Part shown: one piece after another, positions 41,405-54,575 of the stretch
Position numbering within the stretch: the stretch's first letter is position 1
Layout of the letters: the number at the start of each line of letters is the position of its first letter
NCBI GenBank assembly: GCA_951406725.2
Contig: OX597814.1
Coordinates: 144,708,001 to 144,772,000 of the forward strand
Origin: Octopus vulgaris
Lineage: Eukaryota
Length of the DNA stretch: 64,000 nucleotides
Direction: 5' to 3'
The notes under the pieces: generated by a model
The model's database searches: none
Seen by the model: the letters and a program-made list of their open reading frames with translations, nothing else
What the model was told of the DNA's origin: nothing
Position numbers and translations under genes: made by a program

Positions 41405-42019
41405 GGTATATGCATCTATGTAAATATATAATATATGTATATATCTATATCTATCTTTCTATATAAATATACTTACATGTATGTATGCATATGTGTGTGT
41501 GTAGAGAGACGCAAGAAACATATTAGCACTTAAATTTTCATTTAACATTTTATATATATATTAGATTGTTAACATTGAACTAATGCGTAGCAGAAACTTG
41601 TGAAATTTTTAGAGAATATTATAAATAATATTCTTTAGTTGGCCTTTAATTCAATCTGTATTAGTAAACAACACACACTCTCACAAGTTTCCATCTACGC
41701 ACGTACAAAAATAGAAACAAATACATTTATATTTCTTCACACAAAATTCAGTTGACACCTTAATTCTTTTTAGAATAAAAAAAATTCTTAACCTTCAGTT
41801 TAATTAGTCCAATTAACTAGATGCCTGGTATTTTTTTAACACTTGACCCATTACTGACCTGTATTTACTTAAAATTAAATATTTTTTATACCTGTTTCCA
41901 TTTCTTTATAAGTATTTTTAACTTCTCATTTAATTTTTTTTACATATTTATTTATCTATGAATACCCATTCCTTTTTTTTTTTATTAATTTGAATACTCA
42001 AACACACACAGACACACGC

Positions 42020-42104
<85 letters not shown>

Positions 42105-42237
42105 GCAAAGGTGATGTAAATACAACACAAAGACGAGATAAAAAAATAAATAGAGTTTGTATTGGTCTAACGCTCAGGAAATGGGGGAAAAACAAGGAAA
42201 TGTCTTTAGCGTTTCGAGTATGTATGTATACACACAC

Positions 42238-42348
<111 letters not shown>

Positions 42349-43316
42349 ATACATATGTATACACTCACATATGTATGTATGTATGTATGTATGTTTGTTT
42401 GTGTGTGTGTATTTTCCTTCCTCTCTATTTCTCAAGTTGTTTCTTTACTTGTTTGACTGCTGAAATTATCTTGGAATTTGTTTTTGTGACCTTTAAACTA
42501 CTTCCTTAGATTTCAACCAGCAAGAAAAATAAAAAATTCTTTTTTATTGTAGTTTTAAAAACAAATGGAAATTACTACCGAAACACCCATTTCTTCTAAT
42601 GAGGCTACCCTTCCGTTTTCATTTGTAAATTCCCAAATCTTTCTTCGCATCTTGAATAAACCGCCAGAAGAAACGTAATATCCCACGGGAAGCTCACTAT
42701 CAACCTAACTGTGATGCTTTCCTTGTTATGTACACCTGGTTGCTACATTGATTATTTATCTGCTGCTGTTCATGAAAATGCTGTTTGAAAATACTATACG
42801 ACACACAAACGTTGCCTGCACTGATCTTAAGCGTTGTTCCTTCTGAGATATTTTCGTGGAAACTTGTTAATGTCATGGAGCAGATTTCCTCTCCTGTTCA
42901 ATCACGTATTTGAAATGTGTTAGTGCTATACAGCAAATGCATTCTAGAATAATGTTCTTCTGTAGAAAGAAGCTCCTACTCGACAATTTTTAAAGTCTTT
43001 TCTTAATTTGTTTCTATTTACAGCATTTTATATGGCATATTTTTATTGAAACCTAGGTGTCTGTGATACCCTTATGTGGAAAAAAAGACAACAGGAATGT
43101 AATAGTTTTAGTTTTAAGAAGCGATTTTCTTTCCATTCGGCTATTATATTCGAATATTTCTTTCGGTCTAATTTCCATGGAAAAACATTCCAGTAGATTC
43201 TTAACCCCGAAGAAAGAACTAGTTTCTAATGCATAGACAAACCTCCCATTCATTTATTCATTCATTCATTCATTCATTCATTCATTCATTCATTCATTCA
43301 TTCACTCTTATTAAGG

Positions 43317-43870
43317 ATAAAATCTTCTCTCCCTGCATACACAAGCAATATTTCACACTTAAACTCTTCAAAGAGGAATCAACACTTGTGCCGCTAAACC
43401 CACCACGATAGCTCCTTTCCTGAACGTGAAATTTGAATATGTATAACACATGAACCCCGCATACAAAAATATTCTCCCATGACCAACTACCTTAGCACAC
43501 AAGCATACGAACATCACATACACCCAGAATACAATATTAGATAATGCAAACAAATTTACCATCCGACACAACTGTTTGCCCAAAAGTCAAACCCAAGGGA
43601 GATAACCACTCAAAAAATGCCATCCAAGATTTGCACCCATTATTTTATTGTTTTCTTTCCGAGAATCTCTGCGAATTCAATGAGACTTTGTGTTTATCCA
43701 AAATGTAGAGCAACGCCATTCGTCCATGTGATCGGCTTGAAGAATTGTTAAGATATTAAGATATTTTCCTCTTTTTCTTAACATGAAAACAGTGGTAGCC
43801 ATAATTCACAAATAAAGAATTTCTATCTACCAATGCAGTGTTGAGCACTCATTTTCATCAACTGACATTA
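43317..43870 (+). mobile_element. Probable PLE 3' fragment
   Basis: TLQRGINT-like end resembling the PLE terminal GLN motif (weak); 3' part shared with 8990-9172. Confidence 0.4.
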
Positions 43871-43911
<41 letters not shown>

Positions 43912-44025
43912 ATATAATTCGAGATGTCTCGAATTATATTATATAATATTTTACTATAAAATTGGATTTAACCCTAAATCTGATTTTTCCCTGTAATTTT
44001 GGATTCATTCCCTAATATTTATTAT

Positions 44026-44066
<41 letters not shown>

Positions 44067-44091
44067 CGCTCACAAGACAGACACACACACA

Positions 44092-44311
44092 AACGAAGAG
44101 GTGTTGCAAAGTTCCTGGCTTTGGGTAAAAGAAATACAGGAGGATCAGTCAATTATGATTTTATTCAACATACTCCCCTCTCAGACTCACACACTTATTG
44201 CAGCGGTCCTTCAGTTTTCTATGCCCTCAAAAAAAGAAATCGGAAGATTGGGCCTCTAACCAGGCTTTTTGAGACACCCTCAAAGCCAAGAACTTTTCAG
44301 CACCCCCTCGT
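44092..44311 (-). mobile_element. Mariner-derived MITE (family of 18616-18822)
   Basis: TIRs aaagttcctggcttt / aaagccaagaactttt. Confidence 0.85.
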
Positions 44312-44339
44312 GTATACATACATATATACATACATACAC

Positions 44340-44374
<35 letters not shown>

Positions 44375-44538
44375 TATAGGTGAAATTGATTAATTTTATT
44401 AAATTAATTATATTCCACCCTTTATTGCATATATATATATATATATATATATATCTTTACATTTAAATATATATATTTGCATTTAAATGCTTCAAGATAC
44501 AGTTTCTAAAAAGAATTATGTCACACACACGCACACGC

Positions 44539-44591
<53 letters not shown>

Positions 44592-44789
44592 TACACATAT
44601 AACAAAAACAACGAAAATGAACAACAACGTAAGATATTTCAAGACTACCATAAAAAGAAGTTGGTCACAGGCACAGCTTTAGAAATAAAAGTCCTTCGTC
44701 TTGCGCTACATAAAGTAATATTAAATGCAAAAATGACCAAAGTGAAAGTAATGTCTGTAACTCAAGGATCGTCACATTAGAATACGCCA

Positions 44790-44866
<77 letters not shown>

Positions 44867-45799
44867 ACAGCTTTCTATATTGAGAGAATAGCGTAGGGAG
44901 GCTCTATCAAGAGCGATGCTATGTTCCTAAAAAAAAAAGTAATTTTTATGTGATAACTACAAAAATATCCGACAAAAATAACGTTGAAAGTGAGCTTCGT
45001 GAGTGGACTCACTCGCATATATATGTATATATATATATGTGTGTGCGTGTGTATACACACACGCACATGCACACATGCAAACACACACACACACACACAT
45101 ACACATATATACACAGATAGACATGCACATGTGTAAATATGTACGTGTGTGTATATGTGTGTTATCTTCTTGAAATTTGAATTCAAAAATGTTCAAAGAA
45201 AGGGCAAAAAAGTACTATATATAAAAATAACTTTCAAAATGTAATTAAAAAAACCCAACAAAACTCTGCAAACAAGCCAATGTATCCCTTAAAAGATAAA
45301 ATAACGATTATTTTTATAACTATATCTTTTTTCAGAAAGCCCACTAGAATTTGTAATTTCAGGGCAAAAGCGAATCAGCTCTTTGATGTTACTTTCTAAC
45401 ACTTTTGGAAGCCTTTTATTTTTGTAATTATCTGATGTTTTAAGGGAAAACAATTCGCTTTTGTTATTTCATTATTTTCAACCTACTGCTTTATTTTCTC
45501 TCACTGTTCCTTTCATTTCTCTTTCTACCCGCAAATCGTTTTCTCTTTTATTTTCTCTACTGCTTTTTTCTCCACTTGTAAAGTTTTATTTCCCTTAGAA
45601 TTTCAGACAAGTATATCCGTTACTTATTAAAAACACGTTTAAAAGTCCACTTAATTATACCAAAAGAAATATTTCTTTTGTAATTTTCAACGTTGAAAAT
45701 TCATTAAAACAGAAACAGAGGCATCTTCAGTTACATAATGAACGCTTGCTAAAGCTTTGTTTAATATATTTGGTAAGGGATGTTGAAGATGATAGAAAT

Positions 45800-46335
45800 A
45801 AAATGGAAGGAAAAGGAGAAAAAGAAGACGATAAAGAAAAAAAGCAAGAACATGAGAAATGTTAAAAGCTGCATGGAAGAAGAAGAAGAAAAGGAAGAAG
45901 TAGAAAAGAAGAATAACTAAAATAGGAAGACGAGAAAGAAAGAAGAAAAAAGACGAAGGAAAATGAAAAGCAATTAGACAAGTTAGATGCTGAAAAAGAA
46001 AAGGAAGAGAAGGAAGAAGACAACCAGGAAAACGATGAAGAAGAGCTAGAAGAATACTAAAGGGGAAAAGAAGGAAAGAAGAATAAAGACGAAGAAAATG
46101 AAGACTGGAGACGCAAAAGAATGAAAAGCAGGAAGTAGAAAAAATGGAAGAAGAAAACGGAGAAGCGAAAGAAGCATGAAGAGGAACAGTAAAAAGAAGA
46201 AAAGGACGAAGAGATGAAAAACAAGAAGATGAAGAAGACGAAGAAGAAGAAGAAGAAGATGAGATAGAAGAAGTACAATTGGGAGATAAAGAAAGATAAA
46301 GACGATGTGTAAGAAGAAGCGTAATGGAGAAGACA
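45800..46335. repeat. GAA-rich purine low-complexity tract
   Basis: Direct reading; stops interrupt the plus-strand frames. Confidence 0.85.
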
Positions 46336-46751
46336 AAAATCCGTTCAATAGCATTGGGGCTTCAATCAACTCCTCTCAGATAAACAGTATAGAGTGAAGG
46401 CAATCAGATTTGTCTTGGCAAAACAATAGCATTTTTCTTAGTTCCCTAGGCAACTACTTCAGATGCATATTATAATATTTCGTGCTTATTATTTTGTTCT
46501 TCTAGAGGTTATTCGAAATCAATACGTTCTCCGCATCTTGAAGCACTAATGCAATCAGGTTTTTAAAGAAGAGAAAACACTCAGATACACACACACAAAT
46601 ATATATATAATATATATAATATATATATATCTAATATATATGTAAATATATATATAATATATAATATATTCTATATATATAAATATATATATATATATAA
46701 TATATATATATAATATATATATATATAATATATCATATATATATATATATG

Positions 46752-46797
<46 letters not shown>

Positions 46798-47656
46798 GTG
46801 TGTGTGTGTATAATTTTTTTCCCCATACGAATTCATGGGATATTTTTATTGTTTCTATCTATTCTGATGGAAATGGGTAACGTTCATTGTAATAAAAAGA
46901 AATGAAAAAAAATGTGCCAAAATACTGGTTGCATTAACAAGAATTATTAGTTTTCACACGACAGCTAATAATAAGTTTTTGATGCACATCTTATCTTCCA
47001 GTGACACTGAGCGTGCTTCGCTGACGGTGTCCAAGCAGAACTGAACACAATCTTTTTGTTGAATCAATAAACCAAAGAAAGCTAATGTAGAATAAGGAAA
47101 TTTGCAGGAAACTATGTCCGAGTATGTGAATTTAAATATTGAAATAAATAAGTTGAATATTTTTATAACAACATTCTGGGGGAAGTGCGCTATGAAATAA
47201 AAATAATAAAAGATTACCAATTTGACAATACTAACGTAACTTGCATTTTGCTTTTGATAGAAGACAATCACAAAATAAAATCGATAACTAATTTATTAGT
47301 ATTTGCAAGACATGGAAAGAACGTAGAGGTCTGAGAACGATATACAAGATTTCCTGGTTGTGATTTTTAGTCACTCTAGCACTGTTTCCTTATGCCGTAA
47401 CATCACATCATTGATAACGAAACTTAAGCTAAGTATTATATTTTTGCAATGAGATTCCTTTCCTATTTTTTACAGGAAAAACAACCAGAATTTCTTCTAG
47501 CTTCAAAATCTACTTCTACTTTGTGGCAGAGTATCAATTTTAAAACTATTTTCAGAGCCTTATCAGATGCAGCGCAATTTGGGGAGAGTATATACTCAGT
47601 GTGGAAGTTGTCGGAGTCTTCTCCGGTGGCGATTCCTATTTGGTATAAACATACGA

Positions 47657-47735
<79 letters not shown>

Positions 47736-47874
47736 AGAAAGTTGATTTGTGAAAGCACGTGGTTGAATATATAGAAAATAGTAAAAAGTGAAAAAACTAC
47801 AGAAGGCTTGTTTTAAAAGGTTAAAAAATATATATTTGAGTCAATATGTCTGCAGAATGTTATAAATTTTTTTC

Positions 47875-49366
47875 AGAGATGACTTAGATATGTTAAACCA
47901 CCTTCCCAAAAAAGCCAAGGAAGAAACAATCATGGTTTCATTTGATGTAGTTAACTTATATACCAGTATACCTCATAATTATGGACTAGAGGCAATACAG
48001 TTCTGGCTGGACCAATTTCCGGAAGAAATACCAAAAAGGATCAGTAAAGTATTCATTACTAAATCAGTTGAATTCATTCTACATAATAACCACTTCATGT
48101 TTGACAATACATTTTACCGTCAAAAATCCGGAATTGCTATGGGTACAAGGGCAGCACCAGTCATTGCGAACCTAACAATGGGCTACCTGGAAATAATCAT
48201 TTACCAGGAATCTTTATCAATCTTTGGAAACCCCTCTCTCAATACATAAAAGAGAATTGGAAACGATTCCTGGACGATTGTTTTATACTCTGGAATGGAA
48301 ACACAGATAAACTCCTAAAATTTAAAAACCTATTGAACAGCATAAACCCAAATATACAGTTCACAATGGAATACAACCAAAAGGAGTTCCCATTCTTGGA
48401 TATACTAATTAAAAAAATTAACCTTAAAATAGAAACAGACATTTTTTACAAAGCCATAGACGCCAAACAATACCTTCTTTTTAATTCATGCCACCCAAGA
48501 CACAATAAAACAAACATCTTCAACCTTGCAAGAAGGATATGCGCAATAGTGTCAGAACAAAATACCAGGAACTTTAGACTGCAAGAACTCAAAAACACCC
48601 TAATTGACAGACATTACCCAGCTCAACTCATAGAAATCAACTCATAGACGTGCAACAGAAATCAACATAGAAACTTTAAGAAAAGTTCAACACAACAACA
48701 CACCTTCCCCGAAAATACTACCTTACATATCTACATACAACCCCAGAAACAAAGAAGCCTTCACCATCATCACCCAGAATTTACCAATACTTCATAAGGA
48801 CCCCAAATTAAAGGAAATTCTAAACATACACCAAATCATTAAAAGCTACAAACAACCTAAATCACTTAAAAAGATTCTCACAAAGGCAAAATTGTTTTCT
48901 GAAATTACGGATGCAAAAGTAAAAAAAAATGTGGTAGACCGAACTGTGCAACATGTCCAAACCTGCTAGAAGGATCAGAATTCCTCTTCAAAGAGGGACA
49001 GAAATTCAAGATCAAATCTAATTTTACTTGTGCCTCTGAAAACATAATTTATGTCATAAAATGCTCGGGCTGCACCATAACTACGTGGGGTCCACGGAAC
49101 TATCACTCAGAAGTAGATGCACACTGCATCGACAACAGATTGCATTCCCAGAATACAGAATGATACCCTTTAGTGAGCACATTGAGAAATGCGCAAAGCA
49201 ACTACTACCACAATTTCTAATCTTTCCATTCTACCAATGTGCCATCGGAACACCAACACAAATTAGACTAAACAAGGAAACATTCTTCATTGAAAAATAC
49301 AAGCCCAAACTTAACCATTCCAACATACTTATACAGAGAAACTTAGTCCAAAAGAAAGGCAAATAA
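47875..49366 (+). pseudogene. Frameshifted PLE ORF: reverse transcriptase + GIY-YIG endonuclease
   Basis: VSFDVVNLYTSIP, YRQKSGIAMGT, WKRFLDDCF, PFLDILI, SCHP, CGRPNCATC, FTCASENIIYVIKC, NYVGST, ETFFIEKYKPKLN; several frameshifts. Confidence 0.92.
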
Positions 49367-49443
49367 TTTTAAGCGATTATCTCCCTTACACCGGAAGAAA
49401 TCACTTATTACCTGATCTCCGCTCAATGTAAACATAACGATTT

Positions 49444-49483
49444 AAGAAATTTGAAAAGCTGTACGCGAAACCGGTTATTTCTT
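49444..49483 (+). ncRNA. Minimal type-I hammerhead ribozyme in the PLE 3' pLTR (U3-A8 core)
   Basis: aagaaat-TTGAAAA-gc(tgtac)gc-GAAA-ccgg-TT-atttctt: 7-bp stem I, 2-bp stem II, palindromic stem III, GUU site. Confidence 0.75.
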
Positions 49484-49600
49484 CTAAACTATGTCATTGT
49501 ATGAAAAATTTATAACATTCTTCAGACATATTGACTCAAATATATATTTTTTAACCTTTTAAAACAAGCCTTATGTAGTTTTTTCACTTTTTACTATTTT

Positions 49601-49650
<50 letters not shown>

Positions 49651-49651
49651 A

Positions 49652-49731
49652 AACTTAGCGGTTCGACAAAAGAGACCGATGGAATAAGTACTAGGCTTAC
49701 AAAGAATGACCCCAGTACTCATTCTTATATA

Positions 49732-49783
<52 letters not shown>

Positions 49784-50050
49784 TATATAAGAATGAGTAC
49801 TGGGGTCATTCTTTGTAAGCCTAGTACTTATTCCATCGGTCTCTTTTGTCGAACCGCTAAGTTACGGGGACGTAAACACATCAGCATCAGTGGGGGGACA
49901 AACACACACACTCTCACATATACGACCGGCTTCTTTCAGTTTCTGTCTACCAAATTCATTCACAAGGCTTTGGTTGGCCTTAGGCTATTGTAGAAGACAC
50001 TTGCCCGGAAGCCGGAAGCAAGCTACTTACCATACAGCCACTCTTGCGCC
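49652..50050 (-). mobile_element. SINE B fragment with a perfect 75-bp inverted duplication around (TA)n
   Basis: 49652-49726 is the reverse complement of 49789-49863. Confidence 0.9.
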
Positions 50051-50896
50051 AATATATATATATATATATATAGTCAGTTTCTGGATATAGTGTCTTCCTT
50101 AGGGATTGTAAAATCCAGAGATCAACTGGTGTTATCAATGATATATTGGGAGAATTCTCTCAATATACAGGGATAAACAGTCTAATATACATTTATTACT
50201 ATAAAAAAACGGAGAAAAAATATTGTGGATGATTATTTTATTTTGTATCACAATAAGAACATAACAAATAGTTTAATACAAATAAAATTTAATTGAATAC
50301 ACATTAACATAAAATAAGCATAAAATTATCATTTACGAGAATATATAGACGGTAAGGGGTTGTGAGGGACATTATGTAATTCGGGTAATGATTACATGTC
50401 CCTCAAGACACATAACCGCCTATTTTTCAAATCCACAATAGCTTTCTAGAAAGTTTTGATTAGGTAATACCTTCCCATGTTACACCCTTAGCATCCCCTC
50501 TTACTTTTTTTGTTAGCAATCTAATGTTTACATTATGTAGATACTTAACATATGAATATGTAGTCCTTATCTATCTTATCTAGTAAGATTTTTACCACCA
50601 ACTTGAATTCCTGGGAAAAAAATGCATAAGCATTAGCCTTTCGCACGAGTGGTCACTTGGTTGTTATTTTTTACATCTAAAACTCTTAACATGGTTCGAA
50701 CCCTCCGAAGCTCTGTTTACATAGTAACCAGATTGAAACATGTGTAGGCACTTTCTATGCTTATTTTATGTTAATCTATGTTCATTTGAATTTTATTTGT
50801 GTTAAACTATTTGCAATGTTCTTATTGTGATACAAATAAAATATGTATCGACGATATTTTTTCTCCGTTTTCTTATAGTAATATATATATATATAT

Positions 50897-51212
50897 AAAG
50901 GGTAAAGACCCCCTTCGGTCATGAATGACCATGGGATTGCACCTAGAAAGTTACCCTCCTAGACACAAGTCCGGGCAAGGTTGTTTATGGAAGACCAGCA
51001 GTCGCCCATGCATACCAGCCTCCCCTCTCCACGCCACCAGTCTTATCCAAGGGAAAGACAAAGGTCGATACAGCTTGGCACCAGTGACGTCGCAACTCAT
51101 TTCTACAGCTGAGTGAACTGGAGCAACGTGAAATAAAGTGCTTTGCTCAAGAACACAACACGCAGCCCGGTCCGGGATTCGAGCTCACAACCTCACGATC
51201 GTAAGCTCGACG
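50897..51212 (-). mobile_element. SINE family C variant between (TA)n tracts
   Basis: gagtgaactggagcaacgtgaaataaagtgctttgctcaagaacacaac core. Confidence 0.8.
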
Positions 51213-51252
<40 letters not shown>

Positions 51253-52547
51253 AATATGTATGTATACATGCACGTATGTATGTGTGCGTGTTTGTGTGAG
51301 TGTGTATGTATGGATATAATATATAATATATATTGTATATATATTTAATTTTTAGATCGTTACAAGCATTTGGTGTTTTGTTCCTCTTCTGTGTATGTAC
51401 ACCCCAACATGTCTGTTTGTAATTGATTGCGTTAAATGTATTTTTATGTGGCGTTCCTGCAACTATTAAAATATTATTATTATTATTGAGTGAGAGAGCA
51501 ACGCATGCCATGAAAGCGATATAGAGGTACAAATGTACGAAGCCCAGTATACCTTTTGTGATTGCTCGTTTGATAAGGGTACACCAGGCACCTGCATCAC
51601 AACCATATGTGAGCAACATGGTAATCTCATATCAAGATAAACAGTCCATGACCTTGCAGGTGGAGCCCAGTTAGAATTTTCTGCAGGTTGAGTAGCCCAT
51701 CCCACTCAAAAGGTCCCTGAGTAAGGTTTGTTTAAGGATGATGAACTAAACACCCATGTTTCCAGAGGTGAATTATTCAAACCCCAAAGAATTCTTCTCA
51801 ACACATGACTATGATGCTCGTGATCAGAGATGCACATATTGTCAGCCACTAAGGGACATGCTCAACTGGTTAAGGTCAAGGAAGTGACAAGCAACTATGT
51901 GGTATTGCGCGGAATATTTACTGTAGCCTATCTTTTATATTAAGACAAAATAGTATACATGATAACACTTCCTGCCGAGTGTCTTCCCAGCACCTAGAGC
52001 AAAGAAATTCACTTATACACTAGTAGGTCATTACAATAAACACATCAGATTGTTCATTTACAAAGTCATGTGATAGAATGAAAAAAAGGGAGACAGAAGA
52101 AAGAAGGAGGAAAAAACTGAAAGCAAAGAATATAAGAGGGAAACGGTTAGAAATTCACAGTGACGGTGACGAACTGGCGAAATTATTACCGCAGATGAAG
52201 TAATTGCTCAGCAGCATATCTCTCGTTTTTATGTTGAATTCAAATGCCGCGAGGGCTGACTCTGTTCTTTTTTCCTTTCACAGTCGATAAAATAAGTACC
52301 TGTTCACCAGCAATTGCTGGCTTTGTGCCAAAATTTGAAATTATTTTTGTCACTATTTTCCGATTGATTTACCTTTCATTTCATCTTCCGACTGGGTCTC
52401 AACCAGACACATAAGTCACGTACATATTAGATGGAAAGAAACTTCCTGAGAAGGTGGGTAGTTGATGTCAACACAATTTTTTGTGTCTCGTAGATTGATG
52501 TTTTCCCAGGGATCTGATAAAAAAATCTTCTTCTTCTTCTTCTTCTT

Positions 52548-52577
<30 letters not shown>

Positions 52578-52578
<1 letters not shown>

Positions 52579-52759
52579 AGGCGGCGAGCTGGCAGAGTCG
52601 TTAGCGCATCGCTACGTTTTGAGTTCAAATTCCGCCGAAGTCGACTTTACCTTTCATCTTTTCGGAGTCGATAAAATAAGTACCAATTGTACACATGGGT
52701 CGATGTAATCGACTCTTCCCCTTCCTCCAAATTGCTGCTCTTATGGCAAAATTTGAAAC

Positions 52760-52762
<3 letters not shown>
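52578..52762 (+). mobile_element. SINE A between (CTT)n and (ATT)n
   Basis: ggcggcgagctggcagagtcg head; tail aaatttgaaacc(att)n. Confidence 0.85.
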
Positions 52763-52802
<40 letters not shown>

Positions 52803-52996
52803 GTTGTTGTTGTTGTTGTTGTTATTATTATTATTATCATTTTTTAATTTTAATTTTTGTTACAATCACTTGCCGAGACACACCCAGTGAAGGATAAGAG
52901 ATGTTACACAGTTCTATATTCAAGAGATGAGGAATTATGTACATTATTTACATTATTAACATTTGGTGGATATTTGTCCTCATATTGTCTGTTGTT

Positions 52997-53042
52997 AACA
53001 CAACGTTTCGGCCGATATACCATCCAGCCTTCATCAGGTATC
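52997..53042 (-). ncRNA. Type-I hammerhead ribozyme
   Basis: Minus strand gatac-CTGATGA-A-ggctgg(atggtata)tcggcc-GAAA-CG-TT-gtgtt. Confidence 0.8.
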
Positions 53043-53091
53043 TTGGGGAATTTCGAACATGGGTTCTCATTCGTACGGTATTTTACTCCAA

Positions 53092-53137
53092 GATACCTGA
53101 TGAAGTCTGGAGGGTATATCTGCCGAAACGTTGCGTT
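53092..53137 (+). ncRNA. Type-I hammerhead ribozyme (slightly decayed copy)
   Basis: gatac-CTGATGA-A-gtctgg(agggtata)tctgcc-GAAA-CG-TT-gcgtt. Confidence 0.7.
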
Positions 53138-53645
53138 AGCAACAAACGAGATGAGGACAAATATCCGTCAAATGTAAATAGTGTAAATAATGAAGAGATG
53201 TTACAGTTTGACTGAAAGCTTGGGGAGGAGAAGTGGCAGGGACAGTAGCGAAATATCTTTATGTAATATTACACAGACATTTAAATTGATAGGGTTTTTC
53301 TAAGGATGTGGTCAGTACTTGTCAGCAAAATCTTTTGGATTTCTGTGAGACATGGTTCTCCTGGGATCTTATCTAGATGTTTCTGACATTCCTTTTTTTT
53401 TTTTATCATACCTAGGTGCTCCTACAATAACAAGAACAGTTCTCGCTTTAAGATGCTACATCTTTTGTATTTCAATTTCCAGCTCCTTATATTCACTTAA
53501 TTTGTCAAATTCCTTTACAGATCTATTTTTATCAGAGGAGGCACTTACATCTATTAGTCTACAAGTATTTTCTTCCCAGTCTTTAATAATTATGTCTGGT
53601 CGTTTAGCCTGGGTCATTCTGTTGACTGGAAAATCTCAGTATCAC

Positions 53646-53715
<70 letters not shown>

Positions 53716-54222
53716 GTTGTTTTTGTTGTTGTTGTTGTTGTTGTTCTTTTACTTCTCAGAGCTCTCTGTCTTGTTTGCTCTATAGATTCTGTGAGAGCGG
53801 ACAGCAGCCTGCTGTCAGAGGTCTCACAGTCTTTCTGGGATTATATGAATTTTCTCCAGCTGAAGATGTTTCCTTTTCTTTTGATTATCTTGTAAACAGG
53901 TAATGACGGGATATTGTCACGTCTAGTTTAAAACCTGAGCTTGTCAACAAGTATGTTCTAAACAGCTTTTTTACTGCAACTTGTCGTGTTTGGAATATTC
54001 TTAAATATGGATTTGTTTATTAGAGGAACAGTAAGAATTCGTAACCAGAAAGGGTGTATCGCTAAATACAATATATAAAAGTGAAAAGAACAGATCATTG
54101 AACATATGGCGAGGAACCAAAGTTTAAAAAAAAAAATTCAAATGAGTTTTACAGCAAAACTCAAGCATTTTAAAAGAAACAAACAACGGTATTTCTATAG
54201 AAAATGCTAATCTGAATAATTC

Positions 54223-54575
54223 GCAGACATGGCTGTGTGGTAAGAAGCTTCTCCCCAACCATGTCGTTCTGGGTTCAGTCCCACTGCGTGACACCTTGGG
54301 CAAGTGTCTTCTACTATAGCTTGGTGATTGGATTTGGTAGACGGAAATTGAAAGAAGCCCGTCGTATATATATATATAGATGTATATATTTATGTGTGTG
54401 TGTGTGTGTGTGTGCTTGTTCTCCCACCATCGCTTGACAACCGATGTTGGTGTGTTTACGTCTCAGTAACTTAGCGGTTCGGTAAAAGGGCCTGCTAGAA
54501 TAAATACTAGGCTTACAAAGAATAAGTCCTGGGGTTGATTTGTTCAATTAAAGGCAGTACTCCAGCATGGCCACA
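54223..54575 (+). mobile_element. SINE family B
   Basis: Matches 30553-30930. Confidence 0.9.

Larger units (their letters stand above)
47768..49608 (+). mobile_element. 5'-truncated Penelope-like element (Neptune-type Cys linker) with inverted ~105-bp terminal repeat
   Basis: 47768-47876 is the reverse complement of 49502-49608; flanked by AG/TA microsatellites; RT and GIY-YIG inside. Confidence 0.92.
52909..53192. mobile_element. 284-bp non-autonomous fold-back element with two hammerheads and a 13-bp TSD
   Basis: Arms 52942-53048 and 53086-53192; TSD aagagatgttaca at 52896-52908 and 53193-53205. Confidence 0.85.
52838..53640 (-). mobile_element. R4/Dong 3' fragment with 3' UTR, flanked by (TTA)n, interrupted by the HHR hairpin
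   Basis: Minus strand RPDIIIKD...DKLSEYKELEIEI...IVGAPRY...EIQKILLTSTDHILRK; homologous to 13608-13938. Confidence 0.8.

Noticed and set aside
45800-46369. Glu/Lys-rich coding exon
   Set aside because: GAA low-complexity tract with stops and no splice support
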